From the NCBI GenBank assembly GCA_030390025.1, contig CM059446.1, positions 15,500,001 through 15,564,000 on the forward strand: a DNA stretch of 64,000 nucleotides, given 5' to 3'. Shown one piece after another: positions 26,010 through 36,810 of the stretch. The position numbers and the translations under genes are program-made. Each line of letters opens with the position of its first letter. The stretch's first letter is position 1. The notes below the pieces were generated by a model, which was not told where the DNA came from, made no database searches, and worked only from the letters and a program-made list of their open reading frames with translations. The stretch comes from Squalus acanthias. Lineage: Eukaryota.

Positions 26010-26880
26010 CTTCTACTCACTATGATGCTTCTGCTGCTGCTCCTGGCTCTGCAGGTCAGTTCTACATGCACACTGATGACACCCAGATCTACCTCTCCAC
26101 CACCTATCTTGATCCCTCCACCACGTCTGTGTTGTCAGACTGCTTGTCTGGCCTCCAGTCCTGGAAGAACAATAATTTCCTCCAGTTAAACGCTGGGAAG
26201 ACCAAAACCACCATCTTAGGGCCCCGCTACCAATTGTCTACCTTCACCAATTCCAACCCCTCCCCAACCACTATCTCAGTCTGAAGAACAACAACAACTT
26301 GCATTTATATAGCGCCTTTAATGTAGTAAAACGTCCCAAGGACATCTCATTGAAACATAAGATTCTGAGTGGGATTGACAGGGTAGATGCTGAGAGGTTG
26401 TTTCCCCTGGCTGGAGAGTCGAGAACTAGGGGGCATAGTCTCATAATTAGGGGTCGTCCATTTAAAACTGAGATGAGGAGGAATTTCTTCATTGAGGGTT
26501 GTGAATCTTTGGGTATATTCAAGGCTGAGATAGATAGATAGATTTTTACGACTCTAGGGGCATCAAGGGATCTGGGGATCGGGCTGATATTCGACCTCAA
26601 TTCCACTTTCCTCCAACTCTGGCCTCATGCATTCCCCACTCCCTTCGCCACACCATTTGCAGCCATGTAGACCCTAAGCTCTAGAATTCCCTCCCTAAAC
26701 TCCTCGGCCTCTCCACCTCCCTCTCCTTTAAGAACTTCCTTAAAACATACCTCTTTGGCCAAGCTTTCAGTCACCCGTTCCAATATCTCCTTTGGGCTGT
26801 ATCGATTTTTGTCTGATTCCCTCCTGTGAAGCACCTTGGGATGTTTTTCTACATTAAAGGTGCTATCTAAATGCAAGAAT
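26010..26880. mobile_element. Composite: + strand L2 remnant interrupted by an inverted L2 tail (26284-26342) and a CR1 fragment (about 26345-26585)
   Basis: HTDDTQIYLST..DCLSGLQSW..FLQLN (L2); KILSGIDRVDAERLFPLAGESRTRGHSL (CR1); L2 tail at 26820-26878. Confidence 0.75.
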
Positions 26881-28273
26881 TAAAGCCATAAAAATAGCAA
26901 TGTTTTGATTTTCTGAGAATATTCTAATTTACGTTACATTGTGAATAGAGTAATCCTTAGTATCTACTCAAACTAGATACTAGAGTGGAAAAATTTGTGT
27001 GGTTGGCGCTAAAATGCCATTGACCGCTGTAATGACAGCTGATGCCGGTTCCAGCGCCGCACACCATATCCGTGTTGCCAGTAGCGCTGCCGGTTAACTT
27101 GATCGCCAGGGACCTCGCCATCATGGAGATTGTGGCGTCAGCAAGTGTGCAACGCTCACTAGACGTCCGATCTCCCAACTTCGTTATAGCCACTGACCTT
27201 GACGGCAGCGCAGAACAACGACAGGGAGTGCTGCCGTCTCCAAGCTGAAAGCAGGCTGCAGCAGTGATATTTAAAGGTACCATCCCCAATCAGCTCCAAC
27301 TAACATGGTTCTACAGTTTCAGTGCCTGTTTGCTACTTCCTGCAACGGAAACAGCTTTCTTTAGTTCGTTCAAGTTTTTTTGGTGACAGGGAGTGTTGAT
27401 TCAAGTGCAGAAGCCACTCATTATTTGTTAAAAGCTTCTGCTCATAACACTTCCTCACAGTCTTGGGGATTGCAGGATTACCTCAGGAGGACGGGGCGGA
27501 GGCAGCAAGACAATTGTTTTTCTGGACGGGCTGTCCGTGACCGGCTCATCAGACTTCGATTCGCATGAATGAAACTCCAGATTCCCGTAGCTCACCACAT
27601 TCCCATCATACAATCCCTGTCTCACGCCATATCACAGCATCCTCCTGGGCACAAAGGTGAAATGAGAAGAGACCACAAAATATTCCAAACACACTTAACA
27701 TATCACATAAATTCTAATAACTAATGACCCTTGTGCCTGCCATAGTTGAATAGCTGTCATTGTGTGCAAGATGTGAGTGTTGCTAGATAGAGATTGTTGG
27801 TGGGTGTGCTGGGGGTGTGGTGCATTGAGCAGTGTGTGAAGCTTGTGGTACAGATGGTGGTATGTAGCATTTGTTGAAGCCTTCACTCACCCTGAACACC
27901 CACGTGAGCTCGTTAAACTTCCTCCTGCACTGTGTGTGGATATTGGGGAGCACAGTGCTGCCCGTGACGTGGTGTGCCACATCCCTCTACATAGTCTGGC
28001 AGACTTGTGGCGAGGGCCTCCTGCCAATTCGGGGGTACAGGACCGCCCGCCTTCTCTCCACCGCTAAAACCAATGCCTCCAAAGCTTCCTTGGAAAACCT
28101 CTGGGCTCTCTCCCTGGGGCGGAGATCTGCCATCAGGATTTGTAAATAAGTGCTCCTTCTCCTTGTCCTCCTCCTTATGGTTGTTGAGGCAGTTACACAC
28201 CCAACAATGCTGAGAATGATGTGCTGCAGCATCAATGAACTCCCCCCCCCCCCCCCCCCCCCCCTTTAAGTAG

Positions 28274-30562
28274 GAGGGTTTCCTGACACAATATGTGGAT
28301 AGGCCGACAAGAGGTGGGGCCACGTTGGATTTGGTACTGGGTAATGAACCGGGCCAAGTGTTTGATTTGTATGTGGGAGAGCACTTTGGAGATAGTGACC
28401 ACAATTCGGTAACTTTCACTATTGCAATGGAGAGGGATAGGGCCATACGGCAGGGCAGGGTTTATAATTGGGGGAGGGGTAATTATGATGCGATTAGGCA
28501 AGAATTAGGGAGTATAAGATGGGAACAGAAACTATCAGGGAAAGGCACAAACGAAAAGTGGAGCTTTTTCATGGAGCAATTACTGCGTGTCCTTGATAGG
28601 TATGTCCCTGTCAGGCAGGGAGGAAATGGCCGAGTGAGAGAACCATGGTTCACAAAAGAGGTTGAATGTCTAGTCAAGAGGAAAAAGGAAGCGTATGTAA
28701 GGATGAGAAAACAAGGTTCAGTTGGGTCGATTGAGGGGTACAAGGTAGCAAGGAATGAGCTAAAAAAAGAGCTTAGGAGAGCTAGGAGGGGACATGAGAA
28801 GTCCTTGGCGGGTCGGATCAAGAAAAACCCCAAGGCTTTTTACTCTTATGTGAGAAATAAAAGAATGACCAGGGTGAGGGTAGGGCCGGTCAAGGACAGT
28901 AGTGGGAACTTGTGCATGGAGTCAGAAGAGATAGGAGAGGTGATGAATGAATACTTTTCGTCAGTGTTCACCGAGGAGAGGGGCCATGTTCTTGAGGATG
29001 AGAGTGTGATAAAGGTGGATAGGCTGGAGGTGGTAGATGTTCTGAGGGAAGATGTTTTAGTAATTTTGAAGAACCTGAGGGTCGATAAGTCCCCTGGGCC
29101 AGATGGGATATATCCTAGGATTCTTTGGGAGGCAAGGGAGGAGATTGCAGAGCCTCTGGCTTTGATCTTTGGGTCCTCACTGTCCACGGGGATGGTGCCA
29201 GAGGACTGGAGAGTGGCGAATGTTGTTCCTCTCTTCAAGAAAGGAAATAGGAATGACCCTGGTAATTATAGGCCGGTTAGTCTTACTTCGGTGGTTGGTA
29301 AGATAATGGAAAAGGTCCTGAGGGATAGGATTTATGACCATTTGGAAAGGGGCAACTTAATCAGGGATAGTCAACACGGATTCGTGAAGGGTAAGTCTTG
29401 CCTAACAAATTTGATTGAATTCTTTGAGGAGGTAACTAAGTGTGTAGATGAAGGTAGAGCAGTTGATGTCGTATACATGGATTTTAGTAAGGCGTTTGAT
29501 AAGGTTCCCCATGGTCGTCTCATGAAGAAAGTAAGGAGTTGTGGGATAGAGGGAAATTTGGCCGATTGGATAAGTAACTGGCTATCTCATAGAAGGCAGA
29601 GGGTGGTGGTGGATGGAATATTTTCGGACTGGAGACCAGTTACCAGCGGTGTGCCACAGGGGTCGGTGCTGGGTCCTCTGCTGTTTGTGATTTTTATCAA
29701 TGACTTGGAGGAGGGGACTGAAGGGTGGATCAGTAAATTTGCTGATGACACCAAGATTGGTGGAGTAGTGGATGAGGTGGAGGGCTGTTGTAGGCTGCAA
29801 AGAGACATTGATAGGATGCAGAGCTGGGCCGAAAAATGGCAGATGGAATTTAACCCTGATAAGTGCGAGGTGATTCATTTTGGTAGGGCAAATTTGAATA
29901 AGGATTACAGGGTCAACGGCAGGGTTCTGAGGAACGTGGAGGAGCAGAGGGATCTGGGGGTTCATATCCACAGATCTCTGAAGGTTGCCACTCAAGTGGA
30001 TAGAGCAGTAAAGAAGGCCTATGGTGTGTTGGCGTTTATTAACAGAGGGTTTGAGTTTAAGAACCGTGAGGTTATGCTGCAACTGTACAGGACCTTGGTG
30101 AGACCACATTTGGAATATTGTGTGCAGTTCTGGTCACCTCACTATAGGAAGGACGTGGAAGCATTGGAAAGAGTGCAAAGGAGATTTACCAGGATGCTGC
30201 CTGGTTTGGGGGGGCGGTCTTATGAGGAAAGATTGAGGGAGTTGGGGCTTTTCTCTTTAGAGCGGAGGAGGATGAGAGGCGACTTAATAGAGGTTTATAA
30301 GATGATGAGGGGGATAGATAGAGTGGATGTTCAGAGACTATTTCCTCGGGTAGAGGCAGCTGTTACAAGGGGGCATAACTATAAGGTGCATGGGGGGAGA
30401 TATAGAAGGGATGTCCGAGGTAGATTCTGTACTCACAGAGTGGTTGGGGTGTGGAATGGACTGCCTGCTGTGATAGTGGAGTCGGACACTTTAGGAACTT
30501 TCAAGCGGTTATTGGATAAGCACATGGAGCACACCAGAGTGATAGGGAGTGTGATAGCTTGA
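28274..30562 (+). CDS. CR1 ORF2, 5'-truncated (end of APE endonuclease plus complete reverse transcriptase), uninterrupted frame, no native start
   Basis: Motifs TLDLVL, SDHN, PGPDGI, YRPVSLTS, QHGF, DFSKAFD, GVPQGSVLGPLLF, FADD. Confidence 0.93.
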   Translation, partial: EGFLTQYVDRPTRGGATLDLVLGNEPGQVFDLYVGEHFGDSDHNSVTFTIAMERDRAIRQGRVYNWGRGNYDAIRQELGSIRWEQKLSGKGTNEKWSFFMEQLLRVLDRYVPVRQGGNGRVREPWFTKEVECLVKRKKEAYVRMRKQGSVGSIEGYKVARNELKKELRRARRGHEKSLAGRIKKNPKAFYSYVRNKRMTRVRVGPVKDSSGNLCMESEEIGEVMNEYFSSVFTEERGHVLEDESVIKVDRLEVVDVLREDVLVILKNLRVDKSPGPDGIYPRILWEAREEIAEPLALIFGSSLSTGMVPEDWRVANVVPLFKKGNRNDPGNYRPVSLTSVVGKIMEKVLRDRIYDHLERGNLIRDSQHGFVKGKSCLTNLIEFFEEVTKCVDEGRAVDVVYMDFSKAFDKVPHGRLMKKVRSCGIEGNLADWISNWLSHRRQRVVVDGIFSDWRPVTSGVPQGSVLGPLLFVIFINDLEEGTEGWISKFADDTKIGGVVDEVEGCCRLQRDIDRMQSWAEKWQMEFNPDKCEVIHFGRANLNKDYRVNGRVLRNVEEQRDLGVHIHRSLKVATQVDRAVKKAYGVLAFINRGFEFKNREVMLQLYRTLVRPHLEYCVQFWSPHYRKDVEALERVQRRFTRMLPGLGGRSYEERLRELGLFSLERRRMRGDLIEVYKMMRGIDRVDVQRLFPRVEAAVTRGHNYKVHGGRYRRDVRGRFCTHRVVGVWNGLPAVIVESDTLGTFKRLLDKHMEHTRVIGSVIA

Positions 30563-30640
30563 TCTTGGTCTCGGACAATGCTCGGCACAACATCGAGGGC
30601 CGAAGGGCCTGTACTGTGCTGTACTCTTCTATGTTCTATG
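28274..30640 (+). mobile_element. Young 5'-truncated CR1 LINE with a 9-bp TSD
   Basis: TSD tttaagtag at 28265-28273 and 30641-30649; (TTCTATG)2 tail; 3' UTR hairpin GGCCGAAGGGCC. Confidence 0.95.
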
Positions 30641-31063
30641 TTTAAGTAGTGAAAAAAGCCTGTGGCAATCATTACATACGTTTAGACTGCCCCCGCCCGG
30701 TATTGGTCCATCTTTTCAGTGTACCACCAATGAGTTTGAGCTTTTAGACTAGAATCATGACTGCAATCATTTTAATGAGGAGTGAGGACAATTTTCAACT
30801 GGCGCTTCTTAACCATTTTTAGTCTAAGCACTACCCATTTCTTGGCTATAATGAATTTCTAGCCCTAAGGATTTATTGTATTCAAACTGGCCATGAAGAG
30901 CTTTTATGGCCATTTGGGTTTTTAGATCTTATCATTTGATTCGATATAAATTTATTACATTATCAGATTAAGCTGTTGCAGAATCCGGCACTAGACTAGT
31001 TAATTAATAGTTTCTGTGTCCAATGGATTCACAATAAAATGCTTTTGCATGCAGCTACTATAT

Positions 31064-31468
31064 AGAAAGACAGAAAGGACTTGGATTTTTTCAGTGCCTG
31101 TCATGACCTCAGGAAGTCCCAAAGCACTTTGCAGCCAATTAATTACTTTTGAAGTTAGTTACTGTTGCTTTATACGCAAACAAGGCAGCCAATTTACACG
31201 TCGCTGAGTCCGACAAACAGTAAATGAGAACGACTAGAAATATGTTCTGATGGTGTTTGTAATAATATCATGGGATCTTTTACATCCACCTAAACAGGTA
31301 GATGGGGGTAGTTTAACGTCTCACTGGAGAGATGGAAGATTCCACAATGCAGCATTCCATCAATATTGCACTGAAGCATCAGCCGAGATTATGTGCTCAG
31401 TTCCTCGAGTGTGCTTGAATACATCTTCTTGCTCAGAAGGGAGAGTGCTACCAACTGAGCTAAGCTGA
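31064..31468 (-). mobile_element. Near full-length SacSINE1/DeuSINE-like tRNA-derived SINE
   Basis: Minus-strand head TCAGCTTAGCTCAGTTGGTAGCACTCT (A box) with a degenerate B box, Deu-like core and L2-type tail. Confidence 0.75.
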
Positions 31469-33669
31469 TATTCAAGGAATGCTTAGTATGCCTAACCAGA
31501 TATCCGTCACCAAAAACCGATCTTTGTAAACTATTTGGCTACGTAGGACTTCAAAGTAAACTTAAACTCTGCAGTTCATGTAAAATCTGGGCTTTAAGAT
31601 TTAGGGAACCTGTGTGTTAAAAGCTCTCCACTAAGGAGCAATAGCTCCTCTAACCTCATTTTGATAAGCTAATTTTAGCTTCCACTCAAACTAGGTTATA
31701 CAGATACTGTTATGTAGATGCATTCCCTGAAACATTTTCTGCTACCACTTTCTGGTCCTACCAGCAGCTTGCTCCTGAAAAGCCCTGGAGATCAAGCTTA
31801 GCTGTCAATGGAATTGTCTGCATTTGTGGCCTGGTTAAACAGAATAATGTGCAGTTTGTTGACTTAAGTATCTTGAGTATGAAAGAGTCATTATAAATTG
31901 TGGAGACTGTATGGATCACCAAAAAAAAGAATTCAAATTGCGAAAGGATTTTGTGTCACGGAAGGTGCGGGAAAGGGAGGCCTTTGAAGTATTGTTTGCA
32001 AAGCCAAATCCAAATGTTTGGTTCTGTCAACAGTGCGGAGATACTTGACCCCATCCTGCCGCTTATATTGTGACAGGAAAACTAACCTGGCTCCTATCCC
32101 CACTGATCAGCTTGCCATCTACACCAAGAAAAACAGAAGCACCTTCCCTCTACAAACCACTCAGCATTGGATACCACTCCAGACACGTGCACAGTAATGA
32201 GTGTTTTGTAAAAAAAAAAGCCCTGTGATCAAATGCTGTGTACATGTTGCTGTTGTTCCAGTCACCATTAAAATTCCATTCTCATGACATCAAGAATGAA
32301 CAGTACTGCCCACATTTCTGATGTTATTGGAATAGAACCTTAGTGTCACTGAGATGAGAATTCTCCCAAAATGTTTAATGGAATTCGGGTTATAGTTACT
32401 ACTTTGTCCATTTTCAATTGGATTTCAGTTATTTGCTTCAAGATTTTCTTCTGCCAAATGACCACCTGATATTTTTTTTGCACTTCAGCTACTCTGCAAA
32501 TTTTTCTTTCAGCTTCGAGAGTGGATTCTTTCATTAGTGTTCCCACTCACTGTGTACTCATAGCTTAACCAACAGGGAGCGAGTTGTGTGGGCAGTGAGA
32601 CTGCACCTCTATCTACAATAATGGACCCTAGAATTATGCTGGTTATGACAGCCAGCTGTGAATGACTTTCTCTGATTTTAGTCTTCCAGTCAGTGATGAT
32701 CCTGTAATTATAAGGAGCCTACTGTATTGGGAATCAAACTGAACCTCGGTCATTAATCCATGTCCTACGTGACTGCAATGCGGCATGCCAGTACATCTTT
32801 TTTTAAATCTAATTTTTCTGGGTTTTTTTTTCTTTTCGCCCTGCCTATTTCTCACTAATTCTTCCAAAAGAACATTCCACTTATCTGTAGCTATCATAAT
32901 ATTTAAACACTATAATCATATCCTCCTCAATCTTTTTTTTTAGTGAGAATAAATTGAACTCTCGGACCCATTCCTCACAACTAGCTAAATTAAGTCGGGA
33001 AAACATCAGGCAGCATAAAATAGAAATGAGAAAGACAATTCAGCTAATGCCTTGTTATTTAGGTCGTATTCAGCAATCATACACCCTTCATCTTTTTACC
33101 TAACACCCAGCATGCATCCTCTGCTCTATGTTGAACTGGGAATTTCTGTTTCTTTTAGTGTTTCAACTGAGTCTGAAAATGGCAGAACAATCTCACTGAT
33201 GTCATAACTCTTAAGGTGGTTCTTTGGGTATATACAATCTGTTGGAGGCCTACTTTGTAATCGGAAAAGAATAAACTGCATTTTGCTATCTCAGAAATGC
33301 ATGGGTTAATTGCTGCTTTATACAAGACTACAGTATGCCCCAAGATAAGAGGGGGAATACACTCGCATAGCTTTTGTCATTTTCATAAGGCTTTGATCTG
33401 GTCCCTTTGACTCATGTGTGAGATCTTGGATCAAGCCAGGAGGTGTATTTGTGGTAAAAGGGGGAAATTGTTACAAGGAGGGAGGTGCTGACAAACATTG
33501 ACTTGTCACTTGGTGCACTGGCAGGGGAGTCAGCCTCACAGCAGGCACATCTCTGCCAAAATCCTTCCTGGAGATCTGAATTAAGCAGTTGGTGATGCGT
33601 AAGCCTGGTATGCAGCATTGGACTCCGGCAACTAGAATATCAAGGTGGCTGGCACATTGCAAAGTATCC

Positions 33670-33775
33670 GACATTACAACAGTGACTACACTTCAAAAAG
33701 TACTTCATTGGCTGTAAAGCGCTTTGGGACATCCTGAGGTCGTGAAAGGTGCTATATAAATGCAGATCTTTCCTT
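33670..33775 (+). mobile_element. SacSINE1-like 3' end
   Basis: acattacaacagtgactacacttcaaaaagtacttcattggctgtaaagcgctttgggacatcctgagg...gctatataaatgca. Confidence 0.75.
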
Positions 33776-34450
33776 TTTTTTTCTTTCTTTCAAAGTATCC
33801 TGCATAAGGCTTTCCACCATGTTGAAGGCCCTAAAGCTGAAGAAGAAACTCTTGGGTTTGGGACAACAACTGCTGGAAGCGTTACCTCGAGGCCAAATAT
33901 GAAAATATACACTCTCAAATCCAGGGTTTGTTGCCTACCACTTTTCCTGAGAGTTCTATGGGGCCTGGGCCTGAGTCAGAGCAGTGTCCAGAGAATATTG
34001 AGCAGGAATTTGAGTTTTTTTTGGTGGGGGGGGTGCTGGAAAGGTTGGCATATACCCTGATGGAAGGTCTGAGTATTGAAGAGTTAAGAGGATGATTGGG
34101 TGTAATTGAATACAAACCGAGATAATCGATTGACCAAGAGCAAGCAAACTGCAGAATTCTTTTGAACTGTCTCACTAAGATAGATAATTGGTGGTATCCA
34201 TCCCAGTGAGGCTGCAATGGATGCTGTATAGATCTGTAAGGCTAGTTTGTAAGATTGTTCTCCAGGCTAATTATGTAGCCTTCCTCTGGCAACCTTGGGA
34301 AACCTGTGCAGAAATATTGGAATGAAAGGTGGCTAGGGTGTCTTATTTGTATTTGCAGACTGAGGCTAGGGCTACACTAATTTGGAGATGATTGTTGTCC
34401 TTTGGTGATTCTGAATAGTGCTACCTGCTCTTGATGACTACTTTTTTCCT

Positions 34451-34600
34451 GTTTAACATCTCATCCAAAAGACAACACCAACAATACAGCACTCCTTCAC
34501 CACTGCACTGAAGTGTCAACCTAGATTATGAGCTCAAGTCTCTGGAATAGCATCTTCTGACACAGAGGCAAGAGTGCTATGACTGAGCCATGGCTGACAC
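34451..34600 (-). mobile_element. SacSINE1-like 5' half
   Basis: Homologous to 31310-31468; tRNA-like head GTGTCAGCCATGGCTCAGT on the minus strand. Confidence 0.7.
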
Positions 34601-35586
34601 TATAGAGGCAGTTCACCGATATTTTTTCCTCATGCTACCATGTTTTAAGAAATCATATTTTTAATTCCCATTCTGATTTAAGATAACCTAATTGTTTGGC
34701 TTATTAAAGGCACTATTGATGTAACACAATGGTAATGTTTCAATGTATGACCAGGAGAAAATTGTGAGCACTGTTGCCAATAGTAACAACATTCCGAGCC
34801 AGTTGTGTAGTTTTGCAACATTCGATGACTCCAAAACAGCTCTCCAGTTCTCGTCTGTGTAGCCACACAGGAATGTTGATGACATCACTGGAGCAACCTA
34901 GCAGGGAAACAACTCAACTTAAGGATCGAAATGACAGTTAACCTCCTGAGGGGGGAACAAAGAAAGGAGGTAAATGACCCACTCCGAGATGGAAGTGGCT
35001 CTAAAATTACACTCTTGGTAATGGAAGTTTAGAAATAAGTTCACCCTCCATTGCAGAATCTCTCAATAAGTGGGGTTTTCACTCTACACAGTAGATTTTT
35101 TTTTCACTAGGATTTCAGTAAAGGGTAATAGGCTCATAAAATCTTTGTACCGTCAAAAGAAAATAAGAAATTTAGGCAACATTTTTTAGTTTGAGTGTAA
35201 TAGAATTGTAGAGCAGGTTGCCAGAAAGTACTGTTGATAGCTTATGAACGCCTCACATGTTGATAAAATCCACTCCTTTTTCTGCTGTATTGGCAGTAAT
35301 CTATTTTAATTGTGATATTGCCTCAGCTGTAATAGTGGACAGAAAAATGTCTTAATGCTTTAAATATGCATACAGAAATATTGTGAGCAGCAAACTGTTT
35401 CAGAAGCAGTGAAAGGAGTTATGTTCACCATACTGAAAACATAAAAGTAGAGAAAAACGAAAGGATACACACTGAAAAGAATAAAAGCAAAGCTGACTTT
35501 GGTGGATAAACGGTGGAATTGTGTGATGGCTTGGGAGAAGAAAGCATAGAAAGGAACATTTTAATTCTACTTCATGCAATCATCAA

Positions 35587-35710
35587 AGATGATTGTTGTC
35601 CTTTGGTGATTCTGAATAGTGCTACCTGCTCTTGATGACTACTTTTTTCCTGTTTAACGTCTCATCCAAAAGACAACACCGACAATACAGCACTCCTTCA
35701 CTGCACTGAA
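35587..35710 (+). repeat. Dispersed local duplicate of 34386-34512
   Basis: About 125 bp, identical except two substitutions and one 3-bp indel. Confidence 0.93.
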
Positions 35711-35999
35711 TCACCATGCGTACATTAAGAACAATTCTGAAATTTGTGTATGGATAGTGAGCTGCATTGTGATTGTTTAAGGATGTATTAATTTCAGAAA
35801 AATCAGACAAAGGAATACTGTCGGAGATGAAGAAAGATGTACATCCATATTAATTAAAATTGGACAAATTGTTTGTGCTTCGTGTCCACCAAAGTTGGAA
35901 AGTACTTTTTTTCTGACTGTTATACAAATTTTATATCCCTAGGTACAACAGAACTTAGTTGGCACAAAACTTGTTTAATCTTAGCAAAAGGATAATGAA

Positions 36000-36505
36000 A
36001 CTGAGAAAAATAATGATGGAAATAGGAAAGTTCACTGATGATTCAAGGGATGGAAAATTATATTTATGAGCAGAAACTTGAGATAATGGGATTATTTCCA
36101 CTGGCGCAGAAATGACTAAGAGCAAGAGTAGATTTAATGGAGGTTTTCAAAATTATGAAGGGTTTTAATAAGCTGAATTGGGAAAGACCATTTCTTCTAG
36201 TTAAGAAGCCAATGATGAGGGCTCATCAATTTAAAATTGTCACTTGAGAGTGAGGAGAAGTTGAGGTTAGAAGAAATTTATTTACACAGATGGTTGTTGA
36301 AATGTGGAATCCTTGCCACAGGTAGTGCTTGTGGCAGAGACCATTACATCTTTTAAGAGAAAATTGGATAAATATCTGAAGCAGAGGAACATACATGGGC
36401 TGTGCGGAGAGAATGGGGCAGTAGGATTAGTTTTGTATTGCTCTAACATAAAACTGGCACAGATGTGATGTGCCAAAATCCTTACTTTTGTGGTATAGAC
36501 TTCTT
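36000..36505 (+). mobile_element. Old CR1 3' fragment
   Basis: Degenerate similarity to 30180-30640 (gatttaatggaggttttcaaaattatgaaggg..tttacacagatggttgttgaaatgtggaat). Confidence 0.72.
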
Positions 36506-36522
36506 TGGCATGTTATTCATTA

Positions 36523-36810
36523 TCGGGATTTGGGCATCTCTGGCAGGCCCAGCATTTATTGCCCATCTGTAGTTGCCCTTGAGAAGGTGGTGGCGCGCAT
36601 TCTTACTGAATCATTGCAGTCCATGTGGTTAAGGTGCTCTCACAATACCGTTAGATAAGGACTTCCAGGGTTTTGACCCAGCAACAATGAAGGAACAGCG
36701 ATATATGTCCGAGTCAAGATGGTGTGTGACTTGGAGGAGTACTTATAAAACATAGAATTGGAGGCGATGGTGTTTCCATGCATCTGCTGCCCTTGTTCTT
36801 CTAATTGGTA
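36523..36810 (-). mobile_element. 3' fragment of the same LINE family as 1700-2337
   Basis: Diverged match to 1712-1980. Confidence 0.82.

Larger units (their letters stand above)
26983..30865. mobile_element. Non-autonomous PIF/Harbinger derivative with a Myb/SANT-like remnant, interrupted by a CR1
   Basis: Minus-strand RERAQRFSKEALEALVLAVERRRAVLYP..QCRRKFNEL followed by a gtgagt donor. Right end GAATTTCTAGCCC|TAA; left end degenerate and approximate. Confidence 0.68.

Noticed and set aside
21383-28264. Both long poly-C runs (21389 and 28242) are preceded by TGAACT
   Set aside because: Only two cases and the flanks are otherwise unrelated; likely coincidence.
28274-30562. Possible domesticated or stand-alone reverse transcriptase gene
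   Set aside because: TSD, 3' tail, 5' truncation inside the endonuclease and no ATG start show an ordinary young CR1 copy.
31410-31468. tRNA gene
   Set aside because: Only a decayed A/B-box SINE head; no cloverleaf.
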